64,000 bases of DNA from Eledone cirrhosa (lineage: Eukaryota): positions 214,954,001 through 215,018,000 of the forward strand of contig OZ024743.1 in the NCBI GenBank assembly GCA_964016885.1, in the 5' to 3' direction. The first letter of the stretch is position 1. Every line of letters starts with the position of its first letter. Below the pieces are notes generated by a model. The model was not told where the DNA came from and searched no databases. It worked only from the letters and a program-made list of their open reading frames with translations. A program made the translations under genes and the position numbers. Below are positions 63,967 to 64,000 of this stretch, one piece after another.

Positions 63967-64000
<34 letters not shown>
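63740..64000. repeat. (CATA)n/(TA)n/(CA)n compound microsatellite
   Basis: Seen directly. Confidence 0.95.

Overview
Animal nuclear DNA that is AT-rich and full of microsatellites. The tRNA-derived SINE family and the (TA)n/(TAA)n landscape suggest an octopus or other cephalopod (inference). No host gene can be supported with confidence; the window is almost all mobile DNA. (1) Two families of R4/Dong-clade restriction-like-endonuclease non-LTR retrotransposons with (TAA)n tails. Family A has five pieces. Family B has a full-length degraded copy and an adjacent 5'-truncated copy with an open 1129-aa RT-CCHC-RLE ORF. (2) Four Tx1/L1-clade two-ORF LINEs (APE-RT-CCHC) stacked at 31.6-52 kb, with junctions at the same trinucleotide repeat, mostly read as (TTA)n. 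(3) About a dozen tRNA-SINE copies whose ATT tails appear to seed those repeats. (4) Many Penelope-like pLTR remnants in (TA)n tracts that form inverted repeats and carry hammerhead-ribozyme-like cores. (5) A decayed hAT (hATm-like) transposase, a non-autonomous hAT element with an 8-bp TSD, MITEs, a Helitron-like fragment and an old RTE-like LINE. Most notable: a putative double-pseudoknot RNA in the Dong-B 5' UTR, and a nested SINE/Dong/Tx1 community sharing one microsatellite target. All alignments and folds were done by eye and most element boundaries are approximate.
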